Positions 9,451 through 19,991 of a stretch of 64,000 bases of DNA are shown one piece after another. The first letter of the stretch is position 1. The number at the start of each line of letters is the position of its first letter. The notes beneath the pieces are model-generated. The model had not been told where the DNA came from. It saw nothing but the letters and a program-made list of their open reading frames with translations, and searched no databases. Location of the stretch: positions 480,001-544,000 of the forward strand of contig CAVSHF010000003.1 in NCBI GenBank assembly GCA_963727805.1, in the 5' to 3' direction. The stretch comes from an uncultured Nitrospiraceae bacterium. GTDB lineage: Bacteria; Nitrospirota; Thermodesulfovibrionia; Thermodesulfovibrionales; Dissulfurispiraceae. Both the position numbers and the translations under genes were made by a program.

Positions 9451-10800
9451 ATGCTACTCCCAATAGTACTTATAGCTATATTCATCATTATCAATGGATT
9501 CTTTGCGGCCTCTGAAATCGCAGTTGTCACATCGCGGCGAACTCGTATCAAGCAGTTAGTGGAACAAGAGAGAAGAAATGCGAAGATTCTACATAGCTTG
9601 AGAGAAGAGCCGGACCGTTTCTTAGCGACAATCCAGATCGGAGTTACCTTGACAGGCGCTCTGGCTTCTGCTATAGGCGGCGCGGTAGCGGTCAAAGTGC
9701 TAAAGCCGGTGATAAACGAAATACCGATTGCGATAGTCTCTGCATCGAGTGAAGCCATTTCGATAGGGATCGCCGTAGTCATAATAACCTTTTTCTCTCT
9801 TATCTTCGGAGAGCTTATTCCCAAGTCGATAGCCCTTGCCAATCCGGAAGGTATCGCTCTTCATGTGGCTCCCATTATCAGAAGGTTTTCTATTTTCGCC
9901 ACGCTGTTTGTGAATATCCTGACTGCGACAAGCAATTTTATATTGAAACCCTTCGGGAAAAGGGCATTTACGAAAAGGGCCTATGTTTCAGAAGAAGAGG
10001 TTAAGCTGCTTATCGAAGAAGGAGGCGAACAGGGTGTCTTCGAGCCCGAAGAAAAAGAACTCATACACAGCGTGTTTGAATTTACAGACACCTTTGTTAG
10101 GGAAGTAATGATCCCTGCCCCGAGAATGGTAACGATAGGAATCAGAATGTTAATCGACGAAGTGAAAAATATTATTTCCGAGGAGAAGTTTTCGCGTTAT
10201 CCTATAATCGGAAAAGACATAAATGATATCAGAGGCATTCTTTACGCGAAGGACTTTTATAATCTGCTCTCAACGTTCGGAACGGTCGATGTGCGAAAGA
10301 TAGTTAAGCCCCCACTCTTTGTTCCCGAAACGATGAAGATAAGCATCCTCCTCAGGGATATGCAGAAAAAAAGGATCCATATGGCTATAGCCATAGACGA
10401 GTATGGGGCTGTTTCGGGGCTTGTCACGCTGGAAGATCTCCTTGAGGAAATCGTCGGGGAGATCAGGGACGAATATGATATCGAAAGCCCAGTCATTCGT
10501 TTGAGTGACGGGACTTTGATTATTGACGCCTCGATCAGCCTTAGAGACCTCAACGAGGATTACGACCTCGATATCCCCGAATCTCCTGGATATGAAACAC
10601 TCGGTGGTTTTATCGTTACAGATCTTCAGAGAATACCTCAAACGGGTGACACAATCGAAACCGATGGCAAGAGATTGCGAGTTATACAGATGGTGGGGCA
10701 GCGCATCGCCAAGGTCAAACTTGAAATAATCGATGTAACGTTAAAAGCGGAGAAGGCCGAAAAGGAAGAGAACCCTGAAAAAGAAGGACTCTTGCAATAG
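9451..10800 (+). CDS. Hemolysin/TlyC family protein (CNNM-DUF21, CBS pair, CorC domain); probable Mg/Co homeostasis
   Basis: NGFFAASEIA, FLATIQIGVT, GELIPK, FSRYP, DEYG, TLEDLLEEIVGEI. Confidence 0.92.
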   Translation: MLLPIVLIAIFIIINGFFAASEIAVVTSRRTRIKQLVEQERRNAKILHSLREEPDRFLATIQIGVTLTGALASAIGGAVAVKVLKPVINEIPIAIVSASSEAISIGIAVVIITFFSLIFGELIPKSIALANPEGIALHVAPIIRRFSIFATLFVNILTATSNFILKPFGKRAFTKRAYVSEEEVKLLIEEGGEQGVFEPEEKELIHSVFEFTDTFVREVMIPAPRMVTIGIRMLIDEVKNIISEEKFSRYPIIGKDINDIRGILYAKDFYNLLSTFGTVDVRKIVKPPLFVPETMKISILLRDMQKKRIHMAIAIDEYGAVSGLVTLEDLLEEIVGEIRDEYDIESPVIRLSDGTLIIDASISLRDLNEDYDLDIPESPGYETLGGFIVTDLQRIPQTGDTIETDGKRLRVIQMVGQRIAKVKLEIIDVTLKAEKAEKEENPEKEGLLQ

Positions 10801-10820
10801 CGCGTCTTCAGTGCTATATT
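10792..10820 (+). promoter_or_regulatory. Sigma70-type promoter for rubredoxin/ferritin-like pair
   Basis: TTGCAA-N17-TATATT with extended TG. Confidence 0.5.
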
Positions 10821-10848
10821 TTTATTGATAACAGAAAAGGAGGATTTG

Positions 10849-11007
10849 ATGGAAAAGTGGAAGTGTTCGGTTTGCGGATATGTTTATGATCCTGTATACG
10901 GTGATCCCGATAATGGTGTCAGTGCGGGAACGGCCTTTGAAAAAGTACCCGAAGACTGGGTATGCCCTGTCTGCGGAGCTGGGAAAGATTTATTCGAAAA
11001 AGAATAG
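10849..11007 (+). CDS. Rubredoxin
   Basis: [36 protein letters not shown]. Confidence 0.96.
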   Translation: MEKWKCSVCGYVYDPVYGDPDNGVSAGTAFEKVPEDWVCPVCGAGKDLFEKE

Positions 11008-11019
11008 GGGAATAACGTT

Positions 11020-11505
11020 ATGAATTCCGTAGAAATAGCCCTCAAAATGGAATTGGATGCAATTGAATTTTATACAAAATGCGCTGAAAAAACCAATAGC
11101 CCTATCGGCAAGAAAATGTTCCTGAGCATCGCCGATGATGAACGTCATCATGTCGCTTGTGCCAACAAGGTTGTCCGGGGCTTGGCGTTCGAACCATCTA
11201 AAACCACGCCTAAGCAAAACATTAAGACGATATTCGAGAAGAATAAGAAGGCTATTTCGCATAAAGTCACTGCGACGACAGATGACTTGGAGGCCTTGAC
11301 AATAGCCATGCAGATGGAAAAGGACGGGGTCGAATTTTACAGGAAGGCAGCCGCCGAGGCCTCGACACCTGAGGAAAAGGCCCTGTTCGAATGCCTTATC
11401 AAGGATGAGGAGGAACATTACGCTATTTTCGAGAACAGTTACTCCCTACTGTCAGATACGAGCAACTGGTTCATGTGGGATGAGCACGCCATTTATGAGG
11501 GCTGA
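11020..11505 (+). CDS. Ferritin-like / rubrerythrin-domain protein
   Basis: Two ExxH diiron half-motifs (ALKMELDAIEFY..DDERHH; AMQMEKDGVEFY..DEEEHY). Confidence 0.88.
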   Translation: MNSVEIALKMELDAIEFYTKCAEKTNSPIGKKMFLSIADDERHHVACANKVVRGLAFEPSKTTPKQNIKTIFEKNKKAISHKVTATTDDLEALTIAMQMEKDGVEFYRKAAAEASTPEEKALFECLIKDEEEHYAIFENSYSLLSDTSNWFMWDEHAIYEG

Positions 11506-11522
11506 AATCCCTGGGTATACAC

Positions 11523-11579
11523 AGATTATCCCCACCTCATTCCTTCTCTTTTTTAGGAGAAGGATGGGTGGGGTTATCT
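11523..11579. terminator. Long imperfect hairpin between convergent genes (terminator or REP-like)
   Basis: CCCCACCTCATTCCTTCTCT..AGGAGAAGGATGGGTGGGG inverted repeat. Confidence 0.5.
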
Positions 11580-11584
11580 ATCGA

Positions 11585-12388
11585 TTATTTTAGTCCTAAT
11601 ACGTCCTGCATATCATACAAGCCGGGCTTCTTGTTACTGACCCAGAGTGCGGCCCTGAGAGCACCCCTTGCAAAGGTGTCCCTGCTGGATGCCTTATGCG
11701 TGATCTCAATTCTCTCACCGAGACCTCCGAAGAGGACCGTGTGATCTCCCACTATATCGCCGGCCCTGATTGTCTGGATGCCAATTTCTTTTTGAGTCCT
11801 TTCGCCGATAAGACCCTTTCTTGCATAAACTGCGACATCGTTTAAATCTCTTCCCACGGCCTCGGCAATAACCTGCGCCATTTTAAGAGCAGTACCACTT
11901 GGAGCGTCTTTTTTCATCCGGTGATGCGCTTCGACAATCTCGATGTCGTAATCGTCTCCGAGGACTCTTGATACGTCCTTTAAAACTTTCAGCAGAACAT
12001 TGACTCCAACGCTCATATTTGGGGCAAAAACGACCGGAATTTCCGTAGAGTATTTTTTTATAGTCTCAATCTCTGCCGGAGTAAGGCCCGTTGTACCGAT
12101 TACCATCGCTTTCTTATTTGAGGCGGCGATCCGAATGTTATTTAAAGTCGATGCAGGTATTGTGAAATCAATGAGAACATCGCCTCTGTCAACGACCGTC
12201 TCGACATTATCGGCAAGAAACACGCTGCACTCTCCACAGCCCGTCAGGAGACCAATGTCCTTTCCGATACCCGCATGCCCTTTTCTCTCAAAAGCAGCAG
12301 CGAGTTGAAGTTGTGAATGGTCCAGCGAGAGGGCGACGATCCTGCTCCCCATCCTTCCTGTTGCCCCAGCTACGATTATCTTCGTCAT
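11585..12388 (-). CDS. dapB: 4-hydroxy-tetrahydrodipicolinate reductase
   Basis: GATGRMG, IDFT, GTTG, APNMSVGV, EAHHRMKKDAPSGTA. Confidence 0.97.
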   Translation of the reverse strand: MTKIIVAGATGRMGSRIVALSLDHSQLQLAAAFERKGHAGIGKDIGLLTGCGECSVFLADNVETVVDRGDVLIDFTIPASTLNNIRIAASNKKAMVIGTTGLTPAEIETIKKYSTEIPVVFAPNMSVGVNVLLKVLKDVSRVLGDDYDIEIVEAHHRMKKDAPSGTALKMAQVIAEAVGRDLNDVAVYARKGLIGERTQKEIGIQTIRAGDIVGDHTVLFGGLGERIEITHKASSRDTFARGALRAALWVSNKKPGLYDMQDVLGLK

Positions 12389-12397
12389 ACATCCTCC

Positions 12398-12580
12398 TCA
12401 GGTATTATTAATTTCCTCTTCAGGTGCTGTATCTATTTCGGCCTCATCTCCCGGTATTCTATAATCTTCCAGTGCCCATTTGCCGAGGTCTATCAGCTTG
12501 CACCTTTCGGAGCAGAAAGGCCTCCAAGGGTTTTCCTTCCAAGTGGTCTTATTTTTACAAACGGGACAAGATATGATCAT
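12398..12580 (-). CDS. yacG: DNA gyrase inhibitor YacG
   Basis: [29 protein letters not shown] before ATG 12580. Confidence 0.93.
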   Translation of the reverse strand: MIISCPVCKNKTTWKENPWRPFCSERCKLIDLGKWALEDYRIPGDEAEIDTAPEEEINNT

Positions 12581-12699
12581 TGCTATCTCCTCATTTCTTG
12601 ACGGAATTGATCCGGTCAATCGGTCCATCCGACATAACTATGCTGCCGGGATCCTATATCGTGTGTCAATAATGATTGATAGTGTTGATCTCATGCACG

Positions 12700-15246
12700 T
12701 CATAGCTTTGACCTGAGAAACCTTCCTGTAAATGAGTCGTTATTTTTTGCAACTTCTTCCGGTGTTCCAGTGGCAACGATCCGTCCCCCTTCATCTCCGC
12801 CTTCGGGGCCGAGATCTATGAGATAATCCGCAGACTTGATAATATCGAGGTCGTGTTCGATAACAATAACGGTATTGCCCATATCAACTAGCCTGTTAAT
12901 GACCCCCAAGAGCTTCTGGATATCCACGAAGTGCAGGCCGGTTGTAGGCTCATCGAGAATATAAAGTGTCTTTCCCGTAGCCCGCTTACCGAGTTCTCTG
13001 GAAATCTTGAGCCGCTGGGCCTCACCGCCAGAAAGGGTCGTTGCAGGTTGCCCAAGCTTCAGATATCCCAGACCTACCTCATCGAGAACGGCAAGCCTCT
13101 GTTTAAGAGGTGGGATGACCGAGAAAAAATCGAGTGCTTCTGATACCGTCATCTCCAGAACATCAGCAACATTCTTATTCTTGTAAGTGACACCCATAGT
13201 TTCGCGGTTGTATCTCCTCCCCTTACAGACGTCACAAGTGACATAGACATTAGGGAGAAAATGCATCTCGATCTTTTTCTGTCCGTCTCCCTGGCACGCC
13301 TCGCACCTGCCGCCGGAGACATTGAAACTGAAACGGGAAGGGGAGTAGCCCCTGGCTCTTGATTCTGGAATCTGGGCGAAGAGATTTCTGATATGCGTGA
13401 AAATGCCAGTATATGTGGCCGGGTTGGAACGCGGTGTTCTTCCTAGAGGCGACTGATCGATTGAAATCGCCTTGTCCAGCTTCTCGATTCCCTCGATTCT
13501 CCTGAATTTTCCGGCGATCAGACTCCCCTTGTAAAGCAGGTTAACCAGAGTTTTATGAAGAATCTCGAGGATCAGAGTGCTCTTGCCGGATCCGGAAACG
13601 CCAGTGATACACAAAAAAATCCCCAGGGGAATAATGACGTCTATATTCTTCAGGTTGAATTCCGAAGCCCCGATAATCTTGAGAAATTCTTTGGATTTTC
13701 TTCTCTTGTGAGGCAGTGGTATCTTCAGTTCGCCGCTCAAGTATTTACCGGTAATTGACGAGTCGATGTGTGTAATGGCGGCTGCGGTCCCCGTTGCGAT
13801 TACCCATCCGCCATTGCTGCCTGCCCCCGGCCCCATATCTATGATATGATCGGACCACCGGATAGTATCCTCGTCATGCTCCACGATGACTACTGTGTTC
13901 CCTGCATCCCTGATTTCCGAAAGGCTTTCGAGAAGCTTTGTGCAGTCCTTAGGGTGGAGGCCGATACTCGGCTCATCTAGAACATAGAGGACGCCGGTGA
14001 GTGATGAGCCTAACTGAGTTGCGAGTCTGATGCGTTGAGCTTCACCCCCGGAAAGGGTGAGCGAGGGTCGGTCAAGAGCGATATATCCAAGTCCGACGCG
14101 GTTCAGGAAAGAAAGTCGCTCCTTAACCTCTTTCAAAATCCTTTTAGCGATGGATATTTCCCGCTCAGAAAGGCTTAATGAGAGATTTTCTATATAGACA
14201 AAAGCATCCTTGACGGACATCATCGAAAACTCTCCGATGTCGATACCGTGCATCTTCACATTAAGAGCCTCTTTTCTCAACCTCTTTCCGGCGCAGGTTT
14301 TGCAAGGAGTCATATGAGTAAGCTCAATTACATCTGGGCCTTCAAGGGAGAAGTCCTGATCGAGAGATTCACGCTTCTCCATTGAAACAAGACTTTCAAA
14401 GCCAAGGCCGCTGCATTTTTGGCAGGCGCCATATTTGCTGTTGAAGGAAAAGAGCCGTGGTTCGATCTCAGGATAGCTGATTCCACATTTTAAACAGGCA
14501 AGCGTTCTGCTGAACAGAACATCTTTGTTCTCATCAATAATATTGATGATGACCGTATCGGCATACTTCAGGGAAGTGTCTATGGCATGCCTTAGTTGCT
14601 TCTCTATGGAATGCTTAATAATGAAGCGGTCTATCACAATCTCTATGGTATGTCTGAGGGTCTTTCTCAGGGAGACGTCTCTCGTCAAATCCACCATCTT
14701 TCCATCAATCCGGGCTCTGACAAAGCCTTCCATCCTCATCTGCTGAAGTTCCTTCTTATACTCCCCTTTCCGCTCCCGCACGATGGGTGCGAATATCTGG
14801 ATCTTTGTCCCGAGAGGGAGAGTAAGGATGGATCTCAGGATGTTATGGATATCCTGTGTGGTGATAAGTGAACCGCAATTGTAGCAGTAAGGAGTCCCTA
14901 TCCTCGTGAAAAGGACGCGCATATAATCGTAAATCTCGGTAATCGTTCCCACCGTCGAGCGGGGGCTCTTGCTGACAGTTTTTTGGTTGATGGCGATGGA
15001 TGGAGAAAGGCCTTCTATGTAATCGACCTCAGGTTTCTGCATCTGCTCCAGAAACTGCCGTGCATAGGCGGACAGGCTTTCAACATATCTTCTCTGCCCT
15101 TCCGCATATATCGTATCAATCGCAAGGGAGGACTTTCCAGAGCCTGATGGGCCCGTAATAACGGTGATCTTATCCCTCGGGATTGTTACATTGATATTCT
15201 TGAGGTTGTGTTCCCGCGCACCCTTTATGATAATGGAATCCTGCAT
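12700..15246 (-). CDS. uvrA: Excinuclease ABC subunit A (short, 848 aa)
   Basis: [33 protein letters not shown], two LSGGEAQR signatures, [10 protein letters not shown], zinc-finger Cys pairs. Confidence 0.96.
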   Translation of the reverse strand: MQDSIIIKGAREHNLKNINVTIPRDKITVITGPSGSGKSSLAIDTIYAEGQRRYVESLSAYARQFLEQMQKPEVDYIEGLSPSIAINQKTVSKSPRSTVGTITEIYDYMRVLFTRIGTPYCYNCGSLITTQDIHNILRSILTLPLGTKIQIFAPIVRERKGEYKKELQQMRMEGFVRARIDGKMVDLTRDVSLRKTLRHTIEIVIDRFIIKHSIEKQLRHAIDTSLKYADTVIINIIDENKDVLFSRTLACLKCGISYPEIEPRLFSFNSKYGACQKCSGLGFESLVSMEKRESLDQDFSLEGPDVIELTHMTPCKTCAGKRLRKEALNVKMHGIDIGEFSMMSVKDAFVYIENLSLSLSEREISIAKRILKEVKERLSFLNRVGLGYIALDRPSLTLSGGEAQRIRLATQLGSSLTGVLYVLDEPSIGLHPKDCTKLLESLSEIRDAGNTVVIVEHDEDTIRWSDHIIDMGPGAGSNGGWVIATGTAAAITHIDSSITGKYLSGELKIPLPHKRRKSKEFLKIIGASEFNLKNIDVIIPLGIFLCITGVSGSGKSTLILEILHKTLVNLLYKGSLIAGKFRRIEGIEKLDKAISIDQSPLGRTPRSNPATYTGIFTHIRNLFAQIPESRARGYSPSRFSFNVSGGRCEACQGDGQKKIEMHFLPNVYVTCDVCKGRRYNRETMGVTYKNKNVADVLEMTVSEALDFFSVIPPLKQRLAVLDEVGLGYLKLGQPATTLSGGEAQRLKISRELGKRATGKTLYILDEPTTGLHFVDIQKLLGVINRLVDMGNTVIVIEHDLDIIKSADYLIDLGPEGGDEGGRIVATGTPEEVAKNNDSFTGRFLRSKL

Positions 15247-15327
15247 GATCGCCGCCTGGTAATAAATATATCCCTGTACTATAACTCAAACAATCGAAGT
15301 TCGTCAGCAGCGCTAGCAATCCTCCAG

Positions 15328-15360
15328 AAAAAAGGCCTCCGGAGAGTCTCCGGAGGCCTT
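15328..15360 (-). terminator. Rho-independent terminator after fhs
   Basis: AAGGCCTCCGGAGA-C-TCTCCGGAGGCCTT perfect inverted repeat followed by a U-tract on the minus strand. Confidence 0.85.
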
Positions 15361-15382
15361 CGGAAGTGTTGTGAAGCTATGT

Positions 15383-17146
15383 TTAAAAGAGTCCCGAGAC
15401 TTTGCCTGTCGCGGTATCCACATCGATCCTTCTGAAAGCCGGGTTGGAACTCGTTCCAGGCATGAGGCTAATGGTACCTGCGCAAGGACAAAGGAATTTG
15501 GCCCCTGAGTATATCAACACATCTCTGATAGGCAGCGTCCAGCCCTTTGGCACGCCCTTGACAACAGGGTCGTGGGTAAGGCTTAGATGGGTTTTGACCA
15601 TCATTGTGGCAAAGTCAGCATACTTGGGATCTTCTTCCAGCATCTTGGCTTTGGCTTCAGCTTCGGGTAACCAGGAGACGCCGTCGGCTCCGTACACTTC
15701 CTTCGCTATGAGAGCAACGCGGTCGCGCAGCTTCATCTCGAGCGGGTAGAGGAATTTGAAGTCGTTTTTCTCATTACAGGCGTCGATGACCGCATCAGCG
15801 AGTTCCAGTGCTCCCTCGCCACCTTTAAGCCAATGCTGGGATTCAGCGCAACGGGCACCGGCTGCTGCTGCTGCCTTCTTGACGGCGGCCACTTCGGCAT
15901 CTGTATCGGTATAAAAACGGTTGACGCAAACGACTGGGTTTATGCCGGACTTGCGAATGACACCGATCATATGGACCATATTGACGCAACCTTTTTCGAC
16001 CAGACCCACATTCTCCTTAGTGTACTCTTCGGGTAGGGCCTTGCCGGCTACGACCTTGGGACCACCGCCGTGCATTTTCAGGGCGCGAACAGTAGTGGTG
16101 AGGACCGATACGTGGGGTTTTAGACCACTAAAGCGACATTTCACGTTCCAGAATTTTTCAAAGCCGATGTCGGCCGCAAAGCCAGACTCGGTTACATGGT
16201 AGTCGAACAGCTTCAGGCCGACTCTGTCAGCGATGATAGATGACTGGCCTACGGCGATGTTAGCAAAAGGTCCGGCATGAACGAAGCAGGGATTGTATTC
16301 AGCCGTACACATAAGGGTGGGGTTGATCGTGTTGCGCATGAACGCAGCCATGGCATTGCCGACTTCCAAATCTCCCGTCGTAACAGGTTTGCCGGTTTTG
16401 TCGAAGGCAACGGTAATGTTGTTCAGGCGCTGTTTCAGGTCAGCAAGGTCTTTGGCAACGGAGAGGATAGCCATACACTCCGACCCAACGGCTATACCGA
16501 ACTTCGACTGCATCATGAAGCCGTCCGTGCGTCCGCCGATACCAATGATGATGTTTCTCAAGGCTTGCGCACAGAAGTCCATTATCCACCCCATCTCCAC
16601 ACGAGTAGGGTCCACATCGAGTCGCCTCATCTTGGTAAGACGCTTGAGCTGCTCATCGTTGTAGTTACGTTCATGTTGCATCCGCGACGTAAGGGCCACC
16701 ATGGCCAAGTTGTGGGCATTCATAATATCATTGATATCGCCGGTAAGCCCAAGTGAGAACTCAGTCATGGGAATCAGCAGGGAGTTACCGCCGCCCGCCG
16801 CAGTGCCCTTGACGTTCATCGTCGGACCGCCAGAAGGCTGGCGCAGTGCTCCGCCTACGTTAACACCCCGCTTACCTAAGCCTTCCATCAAACCGCAGGA
16901 TGTTGTGCTTTTACCTTCGCCCAGAGGGGTGGGGGTAATTGCTGTGACTTCGATGTATTTTCCGTCGGCCTTGTCCTTAAGACGGTTGATGACCTTCAGA
17001 AAGTCTATCTTTGACAACCTTCCCATAGGTAGCATTTCGTCTTTCTTCAGTCCAAGACGTTCACCCCACTGCTCAGGGGTGGGCATCTTCTTTTCCGCTT
17101 CCTCGGAAATCTGCCAGTCAGCTAACTTCGTTGCATCAAATGGCAT
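15383..17146 (-). CDS. fhs: Formate--tetrahydrofolate ligase
   Basis: [53 protein letters not shown]. Confidence 0.97.
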   Translation of the reverse strand: MPFDATKLADWQISEEAEKKMPTPEQWGERLGLKKDEMLPMGRLSKIDFLKVINRLKDKADGKYIEVTAITPTPLGEGKSTTSCGLMEGLGKRGVNVGGALRQPSGGPTMNVKGTAAGGGNSLLIPMTEFSLGLTGDINDIMNAHNLAMVALTSRMQHERNYNDEQLKRLTKMRRLDVDPTRVEMGWIMDFCAQALRNIIIGIGGRTDGFMMQSKFGIAVGSECMAILSVAKDLADLKQRLNNITVAFDKTGKPVTTGDLEVGNAMAAFMRNTINPTLMCTAEYNPCFVHAGPFANIAVGQSSIIADRVGLKLFDYHVTESGFAADIGFEKFWNVKCRFSGLKPHVSVLTTTVRALKMHGGGPKVVAGKALPEEYTKENVGLVEKGCVNMVHMIGVIRKSGINPVVCVNRFYTDTDAEVAAVKKAAAAAGARCAESQHWLKGGEGALELADAVIDACNEKNDFKFLYPLEMKLRDRVALIAKEVYGADGVSWLPEAEAKAKMLEEDPKYADFATMMVKTHLSLTHDPVVKGVPKGWTLPIRDVLIYSGAKFLCPCAGTISLMPGTSSNPAFRRIDVDTATGKVSGLF

Positions 17147-17276
17147 ATAAAACCTCCTGCAGAGCTAATTTTAGTGCAAATAAAAATATAGCTCCTAAAT
17201 CAAAGATCAAGGAGCTTAATTAACAAGTCTGGTAAGGCAAAACAATCCGACATTCATAGTGCCGGAGCCATTCCTG

Positions 17277-19988
17277 TTACTTTACTGAAGCGCTTGATAA
17301 ACAAACGCTTTCTTCGTGTTTGTGCAATTTTTCTATTCTCACGGCACATACCTTAAATTCGGGTATCTTGACAATAGGATCGAGGGCATCGTTCGTCAGC
17401 ACATTTGCCGCAGCTTCGTGATAGTGCATAGGAATAAAGATGAGACCTTCAGTTACGCGACGAGTGACCCGGGCTTTAATATCAATACTTCCACGTCTCG
17501 ATGTTACCTTAATTGTATCGCCATCTTTGATACACAATTTTTCTGAATCGCTAGGATTGATCTCGACGTAGGGTTCTCCTGCATGCTTTTCGATGGATTT
17601 CACCTTCCTCGTCATCGACCCGGTGTGATACTGGTAGAGATTTCTTCCAGTTGTCAAGACATACGGATACTCCTGATCTGTCAACTCTGCGGGGGACTTA
17701 AAGATGAGGGGAGTGAAGGGCGCTTTACCCCTGGGGAATCCTGCTTTATAGAGATAAGGAGTCCCTGGATGGTCAATGGTAGGGCAAGGCCACTGAATGC
17801 CTGCTTTATCAATACGACTATAGGTTATCCCTGCAATATTCGGCCAGACTTGTCCAAATTCTATCAGCACATCTTCGGGAGAATCATATTTCATAGTGTA
17901 GCCGAGCCTATTGGAAATTTCCATAATAATCGAGAGATCTCCGCGGGCTTCACCAGGGGGGGCGACAGCCTTTCTGACACGCTGAACTTTTCTTTCGGTG
18001 TTCGAAAACGTGCCATCTTTTTCCGCAAAGCATGTTGAAGGCAGAACTACATCAGCCAACTGAGCGGTTTCAGTCATAAATATATCCTGAACGACGAGGA
18101 ATTCTAGGTTCTTCAGCGCCTTTAGGGTATGATTCATGTTCGGGTCACTGATTACCGGATTCTCACCCATGATATACATCGCTTTTAACTTTCCCTCATG
18201 CGCGGCCGGGATCATCTCGGTTGATGTCATCCCTTTAGCCGCCGACAGGGTAACGCCCCAAGCCTTCTCAAATTTCTCTCGCACTTCGGGAAGGTCAATT
18301 CTCTGATATCCAGGAAAGACATTCGGCAGACATGCAGCATCCGAAGCACCCTGGACGTTGTTCTGGCCTCTTAGTGGGTTGATGCCCGTCGATTCCTTAC
18401 CGATATTGCCAGTGAGAAGGGCAAGATTCGCCGTAGCGCTCACATTGTCGAAACCGGTTGTATGCTGCGTGATCCCCATAGTGTAAAAAATCCCGGCCTT
18501 GCGAGATCCGCCGTATATTTTTGCTGCCTTGATGATATTGGTTTTCGGAACACCCGTAATGCTCTCTACGTATTCTGGTGTAAATTCCTCAATGGATTTC
18601 TTATATTCGTCAAATCCTTCAGAATGTTCATTAATGAATTCCTTGTCGTAGAGACCTTCTTTCACGATTATATGGGCGATGCCATTCAGAAGCGCCACAT
18701 CCGTGCCAGGTCTTAGATTCAGGAAAACTTCTGCAAATCTCACCATCGGGACCTTTCTGGGATCAGCAATGATTATCTTTGCTCCCTTACGGTATGCTTT
18801 GATCATCCAATTGGCGATTACCGGATGGGTTTCCTTGGTGTTTGAGCCGATAATAAAGATCACCTCGGCATTTTCGATCTCGGCGATTGAATTGGTCATT
18901 GCTCCCGACCCAAATATGGCGGCCAGACTGGCCACCGTTGGGCTGTGTCAGAGACGGGCGCAATGGTCCACATTATTGGTACCAATTGCGCTTCGGATCA
19001 GTTTCTGAAAGAGATAATTCTCTTCATTTGTGCAACGTGCTGATGAGAGGCCTCCAATTGAGTCGGGCCCGAATTCTTTTTTAATTTCATTTAGACGTGA
19101 TGCCACATAATCGAGTGCATAATCCCAGGACACCTCTTCAAATGTTCCATTTTTCTTGACGAGAGGTTTGGTCAGTCGTTCTGGGCTGTTCACAAATCCA
19201 TACCCGAAACGTCCTTTGACACAAAGCCATCCCTCATTCCATGTATCGGGCCTTGAGGTGACGCGTATTATTTTATCATTTCTGACATTCAGAGTGATAT
19301 TACAGCCCACTCCACAGAACGTGCAGACCGTATCGACTTCCTTTACATCCTTTTGCCGCCCTTGCAGTGACCACATCTTCCCGGTCAAAGCTCCAGTAGG
19401 ACAGACCGAGACACACTGGCCACAGAATTCGCAATTGAGGTCCTCTTCATAGGGTGGGCAGATCTTTGATTTGAAGCCCCGGTACGTGAAATCAATAGCG
19501 CCTACACCTTGTATTTCGTCACACGCTTTGACGCATCTGCCACAGAGAATGCATTTCTCCATATCCCTTTCGAGGAAGGGATTGCCATCGCGCTGCGCAT
19601 AGACTCTCCGCTCACCTTCAACAGCAGAACCCTTGGCTCCATAAAAATAGGCGAGTTCCTGGAGTGCACAGTCGCCTGCTTTTTCACAGAGCATACAGTC
19701 ATTCGGGTGGTCGGAAAGGATCAGTTCCAAAACAGACTTCCTGAGCTGTTCAATCTGTGGGGTCAAGGTCGTCACTTCCATTCCGTCCGTCACCGGCGTT
19801 GTGCATGATGTGACCGCGCGGGGAATGCCTTTGATCTCGACGACACAAAGCCTGCATCCGCCAAAGGGGGTGAGTTTCGGATGATGACATAAAGTAGGAA
19901 TTGATATATCGAGAATTCTTGCAGCTTCGAGTACGGTAGCCCCCTGAGGGACCTGCGTAGTCTTGCCATCTATCGTTATTTTCAGCAT
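17277..19988 (-). CDS. fdhF: Formate dehydrogenase alpha subunit (Mo/W-bisPGD, NuoG-like Fe-S N-terminus); selenoprotein with UGA=Sec at codon 347 (18948-18950)
   Basis: ORFs 18948-19988 and 17277-18935 are in one frame, joined as [46 protein letters not shown]; 903 aa. Confidence 0.95.
18918..18936 (-). promoter_or_regulatory. SECIS hairpin of fdhF
   Basis: mRNA GGUGGCCA-GUC-UGGCCGCC starts 11 nt after the UGA; resembles the E. coli fdhF SECIS upper stem. Confidence 0.85.
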
Positions 19989-19991
19989 GAG

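Noticed and set aside
17147..17276. ZTP or THF riboswitch upstream of fhs
   Set aside because: Conserved cores not recognisable; only an AGCTCCT..AGGAGCT hairpin (17190-17216), which may be a partial terminator
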